A stretch of 64,000 nucleotides of DNA, from NCBI GenBank assembly GCA_050246815.1, contig JBFWVI010000007.1, positions 1 to 64,000 of the forward strand. The letters are read 5' to 3'. The notes under the pieces were generated by a model. It ran no database searches. It saw only the letters and a program-made list of their open reading frames with translations, and was not told the DNA's origin. This document shows positions 47,181 through 55,881 of the stretch, in pieces (the stretch's first letter is position 1; every line of letters begins with the position of its first letter). The position numbers were made by a program, and so were the translations under genes. The stretch is from Bdellovibrionales bacterium. Its GTDB lineage: Bacteria; Bdellovibrionota; Bdellovibrionia; Bdellovibrionales; UBA1609.

Positions 47181-48284
47181 TTAGTTTTCTGCTTTTTTGG
47201 TTTCGATCACTTCGCGTAGCACGATCTCACCCAAGAGGGGGTAGTGATCACTTACGCCGACCGGCTTATTTTCATCAAAGCGGGCGGGGGTCATGTAGCG
47301 TGAAGTTTGATAGCGGCCTTCTTTGAAGACATGAATGGACTTGGGGTCCACCTGCCACCTGCTGGTGCCGCCAGGCCCCATATTGGGTGAAAAAAGCAAG
47401 GCATCCAAGAACGACCACGAACCACGGTAGTTATGGGTTCCAGCGCAATCGCCGCAGCCAATGTAATGAGAGACCAACCATTTTTGTTGCAGGCGACTGC
47501 GGTACAGATTGGTGCGTGCGTCTTCTTCGGCAGAAATATTAAAGTCACCCCCGGCGATGGCAAGTTCAGTCGCGGGCAACTTGGCCTGCAAAGCGTTTAA
47601 GAAATCAATGGCCTGTTCGCGCCAGTAGGTTGGATTGTGCTGGGAAGGAAAATGCACGCCGAAAACATTGATGATCTCGCCGGTGGGAAGCTTAAAGGCA
47701 GAGTGCAAGATGTTGCGTGAGCGCGCCATCCACTCTTTGTCCTCAGGGGTTTTTGGTTGGAAGGCAATTGGATGCAGTTGAGCGGGGCGGGCCTGAGGAA
47801 ATCGTGACAGCATACCTACGTCGATACCACGCAAATCGGGGCCTTCGATCAGAACCACAGATTGATATTTTGCTGCGGCCAACTTTTTGTTCAGCATTTG
47901 CAGCGCATTCATATTTTCGACTTCGTCCAAGATTAAAATGTCGGGGCCGCGGCCGTTATTAACTGACAAAATGACATCGGCCAAACGCTCGAGCTTGCGA
48001 TCCAAGATGCTTTCGTTCCAATCGGTGTCCAGGCACTCCTGCTGGCGGAACCCCTTTAGTTTTGAGCAGTTTAGGCGGTGCTGAGGAGTACCTTTGATCG
48101 CGCGGGGTAAAAATGTGTAGTCTTCGCGATCGGCGTCTTGTTTGGTGTCGAATAGATTTTCGACGTTGTAGGTCATAAAGGTCAGGGAGTGGGCCGATTT
48201 TGGCGGGCGCGGAGCAACCGAAACGCAGGAAACAATAAGGAACGAAAAAATCACCCATAAAAAGCCCTGTGCCAATTTAGTCAT
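47181..48284 (-). CDS. Exported EEP-family nuclease lipoprotein
   Basis: IVSC lipobox; YNVENLFD, EVEN, RGIDV, HFPS, GDFN, SDHYP. Confidence 0.9.
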   Translation of the reverse strand: MTKLAQGFLWVIFSFLIVSCVSVAPRPPKSAHSLTFMTYNVENLFDTKQDADREDYTFLPRAIKGTPQHRLNCSKLKGFRQQECLDTDWNESILDRKLERLADVILSVNNGRGPDILILDEVENMNALQMLNKKLAAAKYQSVVLIEGPDLRGIDVGMLSRFPQARPAQLHPIAFQPKTPEDKEWMARSRNILHSAFKLPTGEIINVFGVHFPSQHNPTYWREQAIDFLNALQAKLPATELAIAGGDFNISAEEDARTNLYRSRLQQKWLVSHYIGCGDCAGTHNYRGSWSFLDALLFSPNMGPGGTSRWQVDPKSIHVFKEGRYQTSRYMTPARFDENKPVGVSDHYPLLGEIVLREVIETKKAEN

Positions 48285-48446
48285 GCGAATCCCCCCGTGC
48301 AAGCCAGTCTAGCCGCTAGAATCCGAATGTCGAGTGTCAGGAAATGATTATTTCCCGCATCACAAAATTGGCTCATGGGGCCAAAAGCTTTTCCCTTGCA
48401 AGGCCATTTAAATCATGAAAACAATCGCCACCAGGGTGGGGATCCA

Positions 48447-49424
48447 ATGACAAAATTCATGGGTTTTTTGACGTTAAGCCGCTTTATATTGGCCTTGGCA
48501 TGTGCGTTAGCTATGGCCAGTGCGTATGCACAAGAAGAGGGTCTTATCGATGGCTCGACAAGCTCGGCCACAGCTGAGCCCCCGCCCATCGCGGGGGCTT
48601 GGGCCGGTTCAGCTGCCGCAAATGTGCTGTTGGAAGACGGGGCCTTTATTCCCAGCCGCCGCTCGCCTTGGGGCGTATCTTGGTTCAACTGGGCCAATGT
48701 GAACATGAAAAATTACCGCGAGGGTTCTGGTCGGCTTGAGACATACAATTATTTAAGTATGGACTACCGCTTGAACTGGGAGAGCAAGGTTTCGATTCGT
48801 CCCGAGTTCTATGTTTCTGGTGCGGGCAAAGACTTTTTTGGCGACGATGTCGAAGGTGAAACTGAAATGGGCGATATCTATGCCCAGTACACCCATAATT
48901 CTTGGGCTCTGTTACCGGGCGACATCGGTTTAAGTGGTTCTGCCCGGATCTATTATCCAAACAATAAGTTCGTCAAACAACAGCGTCAGATCACTCGCTT
49001 ACAGGCCCGATTGATTTTTCAGCGCCCATTGGGTGCCGGGGTGTGGGTCAGCTATCACTTTCGACCAATGTACCTTGTGCAGCGCCAGCAGGCCTACTTG
49101 AATGACTATTTTAATGCGAAGGCCAACGAACATTATCGCCTTGAACAGTGGCTTGAATTCACCAAACCCATATCGCGCAATGTGGCGGTATCACAGCAGT
49201 TTGGCGTGGAGCATCGTCGTTACTACGATTCTCCCGCCAACAATATTGAAGCACGCACGGATGGTTTTGTATCGATGAGCACTTCAGTCGGCTGGTTCTT
49301 AAACGGAGTCAGCTTTCGTGGTGGTTTGAGCTATGAGTCCAAGATCGCACGTCCGGATCGCGATTCGCAAATCTACAATGAAGCTGAGACAAAATATTTT
49401 CTGATGACCAATGTGCGGCTTTAA
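48447..49424 (+). CDS. Putative outer-membrane beta-barrel protein
   Basis: Signal peptide ending AYA; amphipathic aromatic strands; C-terminal YFLMTNVRL. Confidence 0.7.
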   Translation: MTKFMGFLTLSRFILALACALAMASAYAQEEGLIDGSTSSATAEPPPIAGAWAGSAAANVLLEDGAFIPSRRSPWGVSWFNWANVNMKNYREGSGRLETYNYLSMDYRLNWESKVSIRPEFYVSGAGKDFFGDDVEGETEMGDIYAQYTHNSWALLPGDIGLSGSARIYYPNNKFVKQQRQITRLQARLIFQRPLGAGVWVSYHFRPMYLVQRQQAYLNDYFNAKANEHYRLEQWLEFTKPISRNVAVSQQFGVEHRRYYDSPANNIEARTDGFVSMSTSVGWFLNGVSFRGGLSYESKIARPDRDSQIYNEAETKYFLMTNVRL

Positions 49425-50571
49425 TATCCGACTTTTTGCCGTTCTAGGTTTATTACTCACATTTTTGAGCGTAGCCGCCGCTGAAGAATCGGACGTGCCC
49501 GCAGAACCCAAAATCGTAGTCGAGTTGGGTGGCGGTCAGGTTCGCATTCAAACCCAGGGATTGGAGCTGAGCGCAGAAACCATGGAGCGCCTGCAAACAG
49601 AATTGCTGGTGGATGAGGCTCTAAGTTCAGTGGTGATGAATGAAGAGTCGACTCAAGTCACCTTGGTCGGCGGAGATATTCAGAAGCTGAAGGCGATCTT
49701 GACCCACCAGGCCTTCCAAACGGCGGGTAAAATTCAAAGTCTGGTGGCTGCTCAGCTTGGGCATGGTCAACTGGTGCCACCGTCGCCACAAATGGTGGAT
49801 CGCGATCTTTACATTCATGAAAACGTGACGATTGCACCTGCCGAGGCCCGTGAAGAGCTGGTGGTAATCGGAGGCGATGTTTTTGTTCAAGGAACTGTGG
49901 AAGAGCTGGTCGTTTTAGGTGGCAATGTCCATGTTTTTGAGGGCGGCCGCATTTTGGGTGAGGTTGTGGTGCTTGGCGGGCAATTGAGTGTGGCCCCAGG
50001 CGGGCAGGTGCCCCTGCAGCAGACCGTATTGTCGAGCTGGGACATTGGGCCATGGTTGAAACGCAGTCTTTGGGATTGGTGGGGCAGTGGATGGAGTTTG
50101 TTGTTGTCCACACTGTTTGGTTGGCTCTGGTCCTGGCTGGTTGTTTATACGCTTGAACTCAAATCAAAAAAGTTCTTACCAGCCGCTCAAGCCTATTGGG
50201 CGCAACATAAGTTGGCGGCGTTGGCTTGGGGGCTTGCTTTAAGCTTTGCGCTCTTGCCGGCGGTATTGCTGCTGGCAGTAAGTGTGGTCGGAATTTTATT
50301 GCTGCCGGCACTTCTCACCTTAATTTTTATTTGGTTCGGTGTGGCCTACGCCCTTTTGTTAAAATTTATTAGCGACGCCATTCGTATTGCGAAGGGGTGG
50401 CCTTTGCCAGGACGGCTGTTGTTGGCCCAAATGATTTGGCTGGGGCTGGGGTTTATTCCATTTGCCGGAAGCCTGGTGCGTTTTGGACTGTGGTTGACCG
50501 TGATGGGAGTCGTGGCCAGCGCGCTGACGCCGCTTCGCTTGACCCCCACGGCAGTTAAGTCTACCAATTAA
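49411..50571 (+). CDS. Membrane protein with bactofilin-like beta-helix repeats
   Basis: Signal peptide; VVIGGDV / VVLGGNV / VVLGGQL repeats; C-terminal multi-TM domain. Confidence 0.72.
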   Translation: MCGFNIRLFAVLGLLLTFLSVAAAEESDVPAEPKIVVELGGGQVRIQTQGLELSAETMERLQTELLVDEALSSVVMNEESTQVTLVGGDIQKLKAILTHQAFQTAGKIQSLVAAQLGHGQLVPPSPQMVDRDLYIHENVTIAPAEAREELVVIGGDVFVQGTVEELVVLGGNVHVFEGGRILGEVVVLGGQLSVAPGGQVPLQQTVLSSWDIGPWLKRSLWDWWGSGWSLLLSTLFGWLWSWLVVYTLELKSKKFLPAAQAYWAQHKLAALAWGLALSFALLPAVLLLAVSVVGILLLPALLTLIFIWFGVAYALLLKFISDAIRIAKGWPLPGRLLLAQMIWLGLGFIPFAGSLVRFGLWLTVMGVVASALTPLRLTPTAVKSTN

Positions 50572-50573
50572 GT

Positions 50574-52253
50574 ATGAGCACGCCGAATTTTTATCAACTG
50601 CCGCCGTTTTTGACCAATCAATTCACTTCGGATGCATGGCTACAGCAGTTCTTGCGCTGGCGCCTGCCGGCGCGTCTGTGGAATTCGGTGGCCCACGATT
50701 TAGAAAAGTTTGGCCAAAAAGTCGCAGGCGAAATGTTGGATTGGGCTTGGCAGGCTGAGCAACAAAAGCCAGAACTTATCAAGTATGATGCTTGGGGCAA
50801 ACGCATCGATTTAGTCAAAGTGTCGGAAGCTTGGCCGAAGATGGGTGATGTGGCGGCACAAGAGGGCGTGGTGGCGATCGGCTATGAACGCGCACAAGAA
50901 GAATTTTCGCGTCTTTATCAGCTGGCGAAACTATATTTGTACCACCCCTCAAGTGCCCTGTTTAGTTGCCCCTTGGCTATGACCGATGGGGCGGCTCGGA
51001 TTTTAGAAATCTTAGGCAATCCGGCTATGAAAGAGCGCGCCTATCGCAATTTGACTTCGCGTGATCCCAAGCGTTTTTGGACTTCGGGCCAATGGATGAC
51101 CGAAAAAACAGGTGGTTCGGATGTTAGCGAAACCAGCACTATTGCCAGAGCCCATGGCCCCAATTTTCAACTTTATGGCACCAAGTGGTTCACGTCCTCG
51201 GTCACCTCTGAGATGGCATTGGCTTTGGCGAGAATTGAAGGGCATGGCCGGGGCTTAAGTTTATTTTATGTCGAAACTCGCCGTGGCGATGGTCAATTGA
51301 ACAACATCGAAGTGCTGCGCTTAAAGGATAAACTGGGAACTCGCGCATTGCCGACTGCCGAGTTGGAATTGCAGGGCGCGGAGGCCACGTTACTGGGTGA
51401 GCCCGGACAAGGTGTTAAAAATATCGCCACCATGCTGAACGTAACGCGTCTTTACAATTCAGTCTGCTCGATTTCACAGATGCGGCGGGGATTGGCGTTA
51501 TGGCATGACTATGCGGGCAAACGCGTGGTGTTTGGCCAACGCATGAGACAGCAACCTTTGTTTATCGAAACCTACGCCAATCATTTAAGCCATCAAGTCG
51601 CAGGTTTGGTGTTGACCTTTTCGACGGCGGAACTGCTTGGCAAAGATGAGTGCAATGTGGCCAGCGATGCCGAGAAGGCCTTGCTGCGCTTGCTGACTCC
51701 CTTGTCCAAGATGTTCACTGGCAAACACGCGGTCTGGACCATGAGCGAAGTAATCGAGGGATTTGGCGGGGCCGGCTATGTCGAAGACACTCGTTTGCCC
51801 GTGATGTTGCGTGATGCTCACGTCTTTCCGATCTGGGAGGGGCCGACCAACGTTTTAAGTTTGGATCTTTTACGTGTCTTGAATAAGGGCGACGTTTGGG
51901 CGGCCTTTGATAAGGAAATCCGCTCAAGCCTGGCCGGTGACATGGATTCGGCTTTGATGCCAGCTGCCGAGCGGGCGCGACAAAAATTGGGCGACTTAGA
52001 AGAATTCTTTGGTCTAATGACCTCGGCCAATCCGGAAAATTGGCAAACCGTGGCGCGTGATTTGGCTTTTGCCATGTGTGAGCTTTATGCCGGAGCCAAA
52101 ATGTTGGAGTGGTCGGGTTGGGCCGGTAAAAATTCTCCTGCAGGCTTTCAGGCCGCCTTGCGTGAAATCGCATGGCGATGGTGGCAGCGACCAATGACAC
52201 AGGTGCGTTCACGCACATCTCAAGAGCTGACCTCCGCGCAGGCCATACTTTAG
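50574..52253 (+). CDS. Acyl-CoA dehydrogenase (AidB/ACDH-11-like)
   Basis: CPLAMTDG, QWMTEKTGGSDV, KWFTS, RLKDKLG, GGAGYVED, IWEG.TNV. Confidence 0.93.
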   Translation: MSTPNFYQLPPFLTNQFTSDAWLQQFLRWRLPARLWNSVAHDLEKFGQKVAGEMLDWAWQAEQQKPELIKYDAWGKRIDLVKVSEAWPKMGDVAAQEGVVAIGYERAQEEFSRLYQLAKLYLYHPSSALFSCPLAMTDGAARILEILGNPAMKERAYRNLTSRDPKRFWTSGQWMTEKTGGSDVSETSTIARAHGPNFQLYGTKWFTSSVTSEMALALARIEGHGRGLSLFYVETRRGDGQLNNIEVLRLKDKLGTRALPTAELELQGAEATLLGEPGQGVKNIATMLNVTRLYNSVCSISQMRRGLALWHDYAGKRVVFGQRMRQQPLFIETYANHLSHQVAGLVLTFSTAELLGKDECNVASDAEKALLRLLTPLSKMFTGKHAVWTMSEVIEGFGGAGYVEDTRLPVMLRDAHVFPIWEGPTNVLSLDLLRVLNKGDVWAAFDKEIRSSLAGDMDSALMPAAERARQKLGDLEEFFGLMTSANPENWQTVARDLAFAMCELYAGAKMLEWSGWAGKNSPAGFQAALREIAWRWWQRPMTQVRSRTSQELTSAQAIL

Positions 52254-52302
52254 AGCCCATCTTGCTCCATTGAGGATTTCAACAGAGCAAGATGGGCTCT
52301 AA
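52250..52302. repeat. Perfect 18-bp inverted repeat at the stop codon (MITE-like or terminator)
   Basis: TTAGAGCCCATCTTGCTC-N17-GAGCAAGATGGGCTCTAA. Confidence 0.8.
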
Positions 52303-52371
52303 GTACTCGATTGAAGTCACCATTCGAGCGACAAGAGTTTGTCGCGACCTCGTCAACTTCTTGGCCAGACC

Positions 52372-52575
52372 CTAGTGCATTTTGTGATCTTTGACACGGG
52401 CAAGGACATCGCAATGAGAGCAGTGGGCTTCTTCGCGTAAAGTGTAATTTTCAAGATAGGATTCGACGCGGATTTCAAGCTGCTGGCCGCAAAGCGGGCA
52501 CTGGTTTTGTCGTTCCATAAAGGCAAGGTGGCGTTGGTCAAGGCTTCGACCAAGAGTAGGGTTTTTTTCGTCCAT
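52372..52575 (-). CDS. Small zinc-ribbon protein
   Basis: GAGG RBS; CPLC...CSHC; 67 aa. Confidence 0.75.
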   Translation of the reverse strand: MDEKNPTLGRSLDQRHLAFMERQNQCPLCGQQLEIRVESYLENYTLREEAHCSHCDVLARVKDHKMH

Positions 52576-52719
52576 GAAAAGACCTCGACGTTGGCAGTGA
52601 ATCAAGTGTTGTCCACACCACTTCAATGCAAGATCGGTGCAACAGTCCAAGGCCTGGTCTGGTCTAGAGTTGGTTCGAAGTGATGGCGTCCGGGTGTGGG
52701 GCCGAAGCAAAATAATAGA

Positions 52720-53694
52720 ATGCAGTGGAACTTTCGACGCAAGCCGGTTTTGGGCCTGCTGTTTATCTTGTTTTGCCTTTGGTGTTGGCAGGTTTACTGG
52801 TGGCGCCACCAGGCAGTGCAAATCACGCATTTTCAGATGAAGAGCTTTTTTCATCTGATCAGTGTGGCAGAGCGTTTAGAGTGGGGTGCAATTTGCAACG
52901 GTCTTCAAGACTACACTTGTGCCGCCGAGGTCTTTGGCGCGTTGCTCGCGAAACAGCCAAAACATCGTTTGGCACTGAGCAACTATGCAATCGCCGAAGC
53001 GCAAAGGCATCAATGTCACTCCGCCCTGAAGCTGTTTGACCGCTATCGTGCTGGTGGTCCCGAAGGGCCGGAGACCTTGTATTGGCGGGGCCGTTGCTTG
53101 ATGCAGCAGAAGCGGTGGGACGAAGCCCGTGCGACCTTGTATTTATCTGCCACACTAAGCCCCGATGCCACCCAGGCGCCTGAAGCTTTGGTGGATTTGC
53201 TTTTTCAACAGAACCTCAACGAAGAGGCCTTTAGTGTGGTGGCTGCTTTGACCGGCGGGCGCCCCAGCCGCAGCCCGCGCTGGCGAGCCAAATTTGCTGA
53301 CATGGTGGTGCGACATCGAGTTCAGGCCACTGAAATTGACGGTGACACGCAAAGGGTGCGACGGGCATTAAGGCTGCCCTGTTTGGATGGTCATAACTTT
53401 TGGATGCCGGTGCAATTTGCCGCCGAAGCTTCGCCTGAGTTTGTTACGATTGATCCAGAGCAACCCACGGTAAGTTTGAATCAAGAGCAATTGATGCCCC
53501 GCCAGCCAGCCCAACAAGGCGGCGAGACAAAATTGCTTTCAGCGCTACAAATCGGACCCTGGATATTTCGCGATGTACATTATGAAATATGTGAGAACTG
53601 CAATTCCGTCGTCGGCCGCTCACTACTTGAAAATTTTGAAGTCAGCGAAGACATGGAAGCGAGTGTACGCTTTTTGATTTTGACGCCTCTTTAG
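52720..53694 (+). CDS. Membrane-anchored TPR protein with degenerate retropepsin-like C-terminal domain
   Basis: N-terminal TM; TPR helices; GHNFWMPV...FVTIDPE...SVVGRSLLENF resembles an aspartyl-protease fold without an intact DTG. Confidence 0.65.
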   Translation: MQWNFRRKPVLGLLFILFCLWCWQVYWWRHQAVQITHFQMKSFFHLISVAERLEWGAICNGLQDYTCAAEVFGALLAKQPKHRLALSNYAIAEAQRHQCHSALKLFDRYRAGGPEGPETLYWRGRCLMQQKRWDEARATLYLSATLSPDATQAPEALVDLLFQQNLNEEAFSVVAALTGGRPSRSPRWRAKFADMVVRHRVQATEIDGDTQRVRRALRLPCLDGHNFWMPVQFAAEASPEFVTIDPEQPTVSLNQEQLMPRQPAQQGGETKLLSALQIGPWIFRDVHYEICENCNSVVGRSLLENFEVSEDMEASVRFLILTPL

Positions 53695-53712
53695 CTCTGA
53701 TTGCGGCTAATC

Positions 53713-53746
53713 AAAAAAAAGACCAGCCTTCAAAGCTGGTCTTTTT
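53713..53746. terminator. Bidirectional intrinsic terminator
   Basis: A7-GACCAGC-CTTCAAA-GCTGGTC-T5. Confidence 0.85.
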
Positions 53747-53769
53747 GAGATTCATTTCAAGTACTAAAA

Positions 53770-54399
53770 CTAGGCCTTGCGAGCGGCGTAGTATTCTGTG
53801 AACAAACCGGAGTCGAATTGGAAGGGCACATGTTCGGTCCCCGGAACAGCGTGAACCACGCCAATGTCTTGGCCGTTTTCAGTGTCTTTACGCAAGTAAT
53901 CCGGAACTTCCAAACGTGGTGATTTCGCAGCTTGCAATACCACTTGGTTTTCACGGCCCTTGTCGCTCAAGCCGATTTTCGAACCTTGAGTCACCACAAA
54001 CGAACCCAGATCCACTTTTTGACCGTTCACGCGGACGTGGCCGTGGCTAACCAATTGGCGAGCCGAGCGGATGCTGGGAGCAAATCCTAAGCGGAAGATC
54101 ACGTTGTCCAAACGGCACTCAAGCAGACCCACCAGTTTATGAACCCAGTTTGAAGCACTGCCACGTTTCGCATCACGGATGAAACGACGCAGTTGTTTTT
54201 CGCGCAGGCCGTAGTGGGCGCGCAGCTTTTGCTTCTCTTCTAAACGAAGCGCGTAGTCCGAGTATTTACGGCGTTTGTTGCCGTTTTCACCTGGGGGATA
54301 GGGGCGGCGTTCTAGCGCGCCGGGCTTACCAAGACCCGGAAGCTCGGTTCCGACTCGGCGTTGAATTTTGAAACGGGCAACTTTTCCTGCTCTCGCCAT
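53770..54399 (-). CDS. rpsD: 30S ribosomal protein S4
   Basis: YALRLEEKQKLR.HYG, RLDNVIFRLGFA, ARQLVSHGH. Confidence 0.97.
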   Translation of the reverse strand: MARAGKVARFKIQRRVGTELPGLGKPGALERRPYPPGENGNKRRKYSDYALRLEEKQKLRAHYGLREKQLRRFIRDAKRGSASNWVHKLVGLLECRLDNVIFRLGFAPSIRSARQLVSHGHVRVNGQKVDLGSFVVTQGSKIGLSDKGRENQVVLQAAKSPRLEVPDYLRKDTENGQDIGVVHAVPGTEHVPFQFDSGLFTEYYAARKA

Positions 54400-54671
54400 C
54401 TTAAGCGTCCTCTTTATGCTCGACTTTATATATGCCAAAAAGAAAGAGAACGTATACCCGCTCACCCTCTAAACTTCAAATCCTTTTATGCACCAAGGCG
54501 AGACGCTCCTCATCCTTGGGACGTCCTAAAAGGGGGCGGCTTCGTCAATGAACGAGACGTTTTATGATAAATTATTGAAAAAACTGACTTATTTTGAGTC
54601 ATCCGGGCCTAATTGTGGGGTTTTCAACACCTACCACAGGTACAATAGGGGTAGAGAACAAGGTGGTACGT

Positions 54672-55808
54672 ATGTGCAAACAGTACGTAAAGAAAGGCAT
54701 CCTGATCCTGGCCACTTTGGCTTTGGCGGGGTGCTTACAAGACCAAGTGTCCGAAGAAGGTACCGTTGTGGATTTGGAGCCCGGAAGCGCTCCAGACCCT
54801 GATACCTATGTTTGCAACCCATTGGATGACGGTGTTGGCGATCAAGCCCGCGATCAAGGGCTGCATGGTCGGCTTTATTATGTGGAGCCAGGTGGCCCCC
54901 AATATTCCAGCGTTCACGATTACATGAGCTACGCCACGGAAGCTCCCGTGGATTTGTTCTTCAATCAATTGTATGTGCCCACGCGTCCTTTTGACCGCGG
55001 TTTCGTAACCGAAAGTGGCATCACTTTACAGGCCGCCGATGGCAGTACTCTATATGAGTGGTTTGGTATTCATTTCGAAAGTCAGCTGCAGTTGGCCTCA
55101 GGGCAAGCGCCGGGCCGTTATCAAATCGGTGTCCTGAGCGATGACGGCACGATGATGAGTGTCGGTGAGCCCGGCTTCGAGCAGTTGTTGATCAATAATG
55201 ATGGTTGGACGCCGACACGCATGCGTTGTGCGACGGAGGCCGTGGAATTGGCCGCGGGCCAGAAGTTGCCTTTTACACTCGATTACTTTCAGGGCCCTCG
55301 CTACCACATCGCCTTGGTGATGGTGTGGCGCCCATGGCCCGCTAGCCCGGCCGATGTCAATGATCCTTTGTGTGACCGTTCTGGTAACTCGTTCTGGTTT
55401 GATTCAACACAAAATCCGCCGCGCCCGACCAGCAACTACCATGCGCTTTTGTCTCGTGGTTGGCAGGTGATTCAACCTGAAAACTTCGCTTTGCCGGGTT
55501 CGCAAGAAGAGAATCCTTGTAATGAACCAGCCCCGATTTTGAGTAACTTGGCTATTGGCGACATCACGACAACTTCGGCCACAGTGACATGGTTGACCGA
55601 TCGGCCGGCCACCACGCAAGTGGTTCTAACTGAAGTCGCCACAGGTACAGTGACCGTGCTTGATGGTGACGCGGCCTTGGTCCTGAATCACACATTGGTG
55701 ATGACTGGACTAAGGGTCAATACTCAGTATCGTGTGAAAGCAGTTTCAAAGTCGGCCTCTGGACGTTCGTCGGAAACGCCTGAGATCACTTTCCGTACAA
55801 GCCGCTAA
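54672..55808 (+). CDS. PA14-domain lipoprotein with C-terminal FN3-like domain
   Basis: LAGC lipobox; LSDDG, INNDG, YFQGP (PA14); ITTTSATVTW.TD...GLRVNTQY (FN3). Confidence 0.85.
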   Translation: MCKQYVKKGILILATLALAGCLQDQVSEEGTVVDLEPGSAPDPDTYVCNPLDDGVGDQARDQGLHGRLYYVEPGGPQYSSVHDYMSYATEAPVDLFFNQLYVPTRPFDRGFVTESGITLQAADGSTLYEWFGIHFESQLQLASGQAPGRYQIGVLSDDGTMMSVGEPGFEQLLINNDGWTPTRMRCATEAVELAAGQKLPFTLDYFQGPRYHIALVMVWRPWPASPADVNDPLCDRSGNSFWFDSTQNPPRPTSNYHALLSRGWQVIQPENFALPGSQEENPCNEPAPILSNLAIGDITTTSATVTWLTDRPATTQVVLTEVATGTVTVLDGDAALVLNHTLVMTGLRVNTQYRVKAVSKSASGRSSETPEITFRTSR

Positions 55809-55881
55809 GCCGCTGTTTTAAAGGCTTTTCCTCTCGAATCAAGGCTGAACTGAGCCGATATATTGATGTCGAGGGAAAAGC

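Noticed and set aside
52576..52854. Long N-terminal extension of the 52372 ORF, and similar extensions of rpsD, greA, phoB and pstA in the ORF track
   Set aside because: Downstream starts have RBSs or match family N-termini; the extensions overlap neighbours or promoters.
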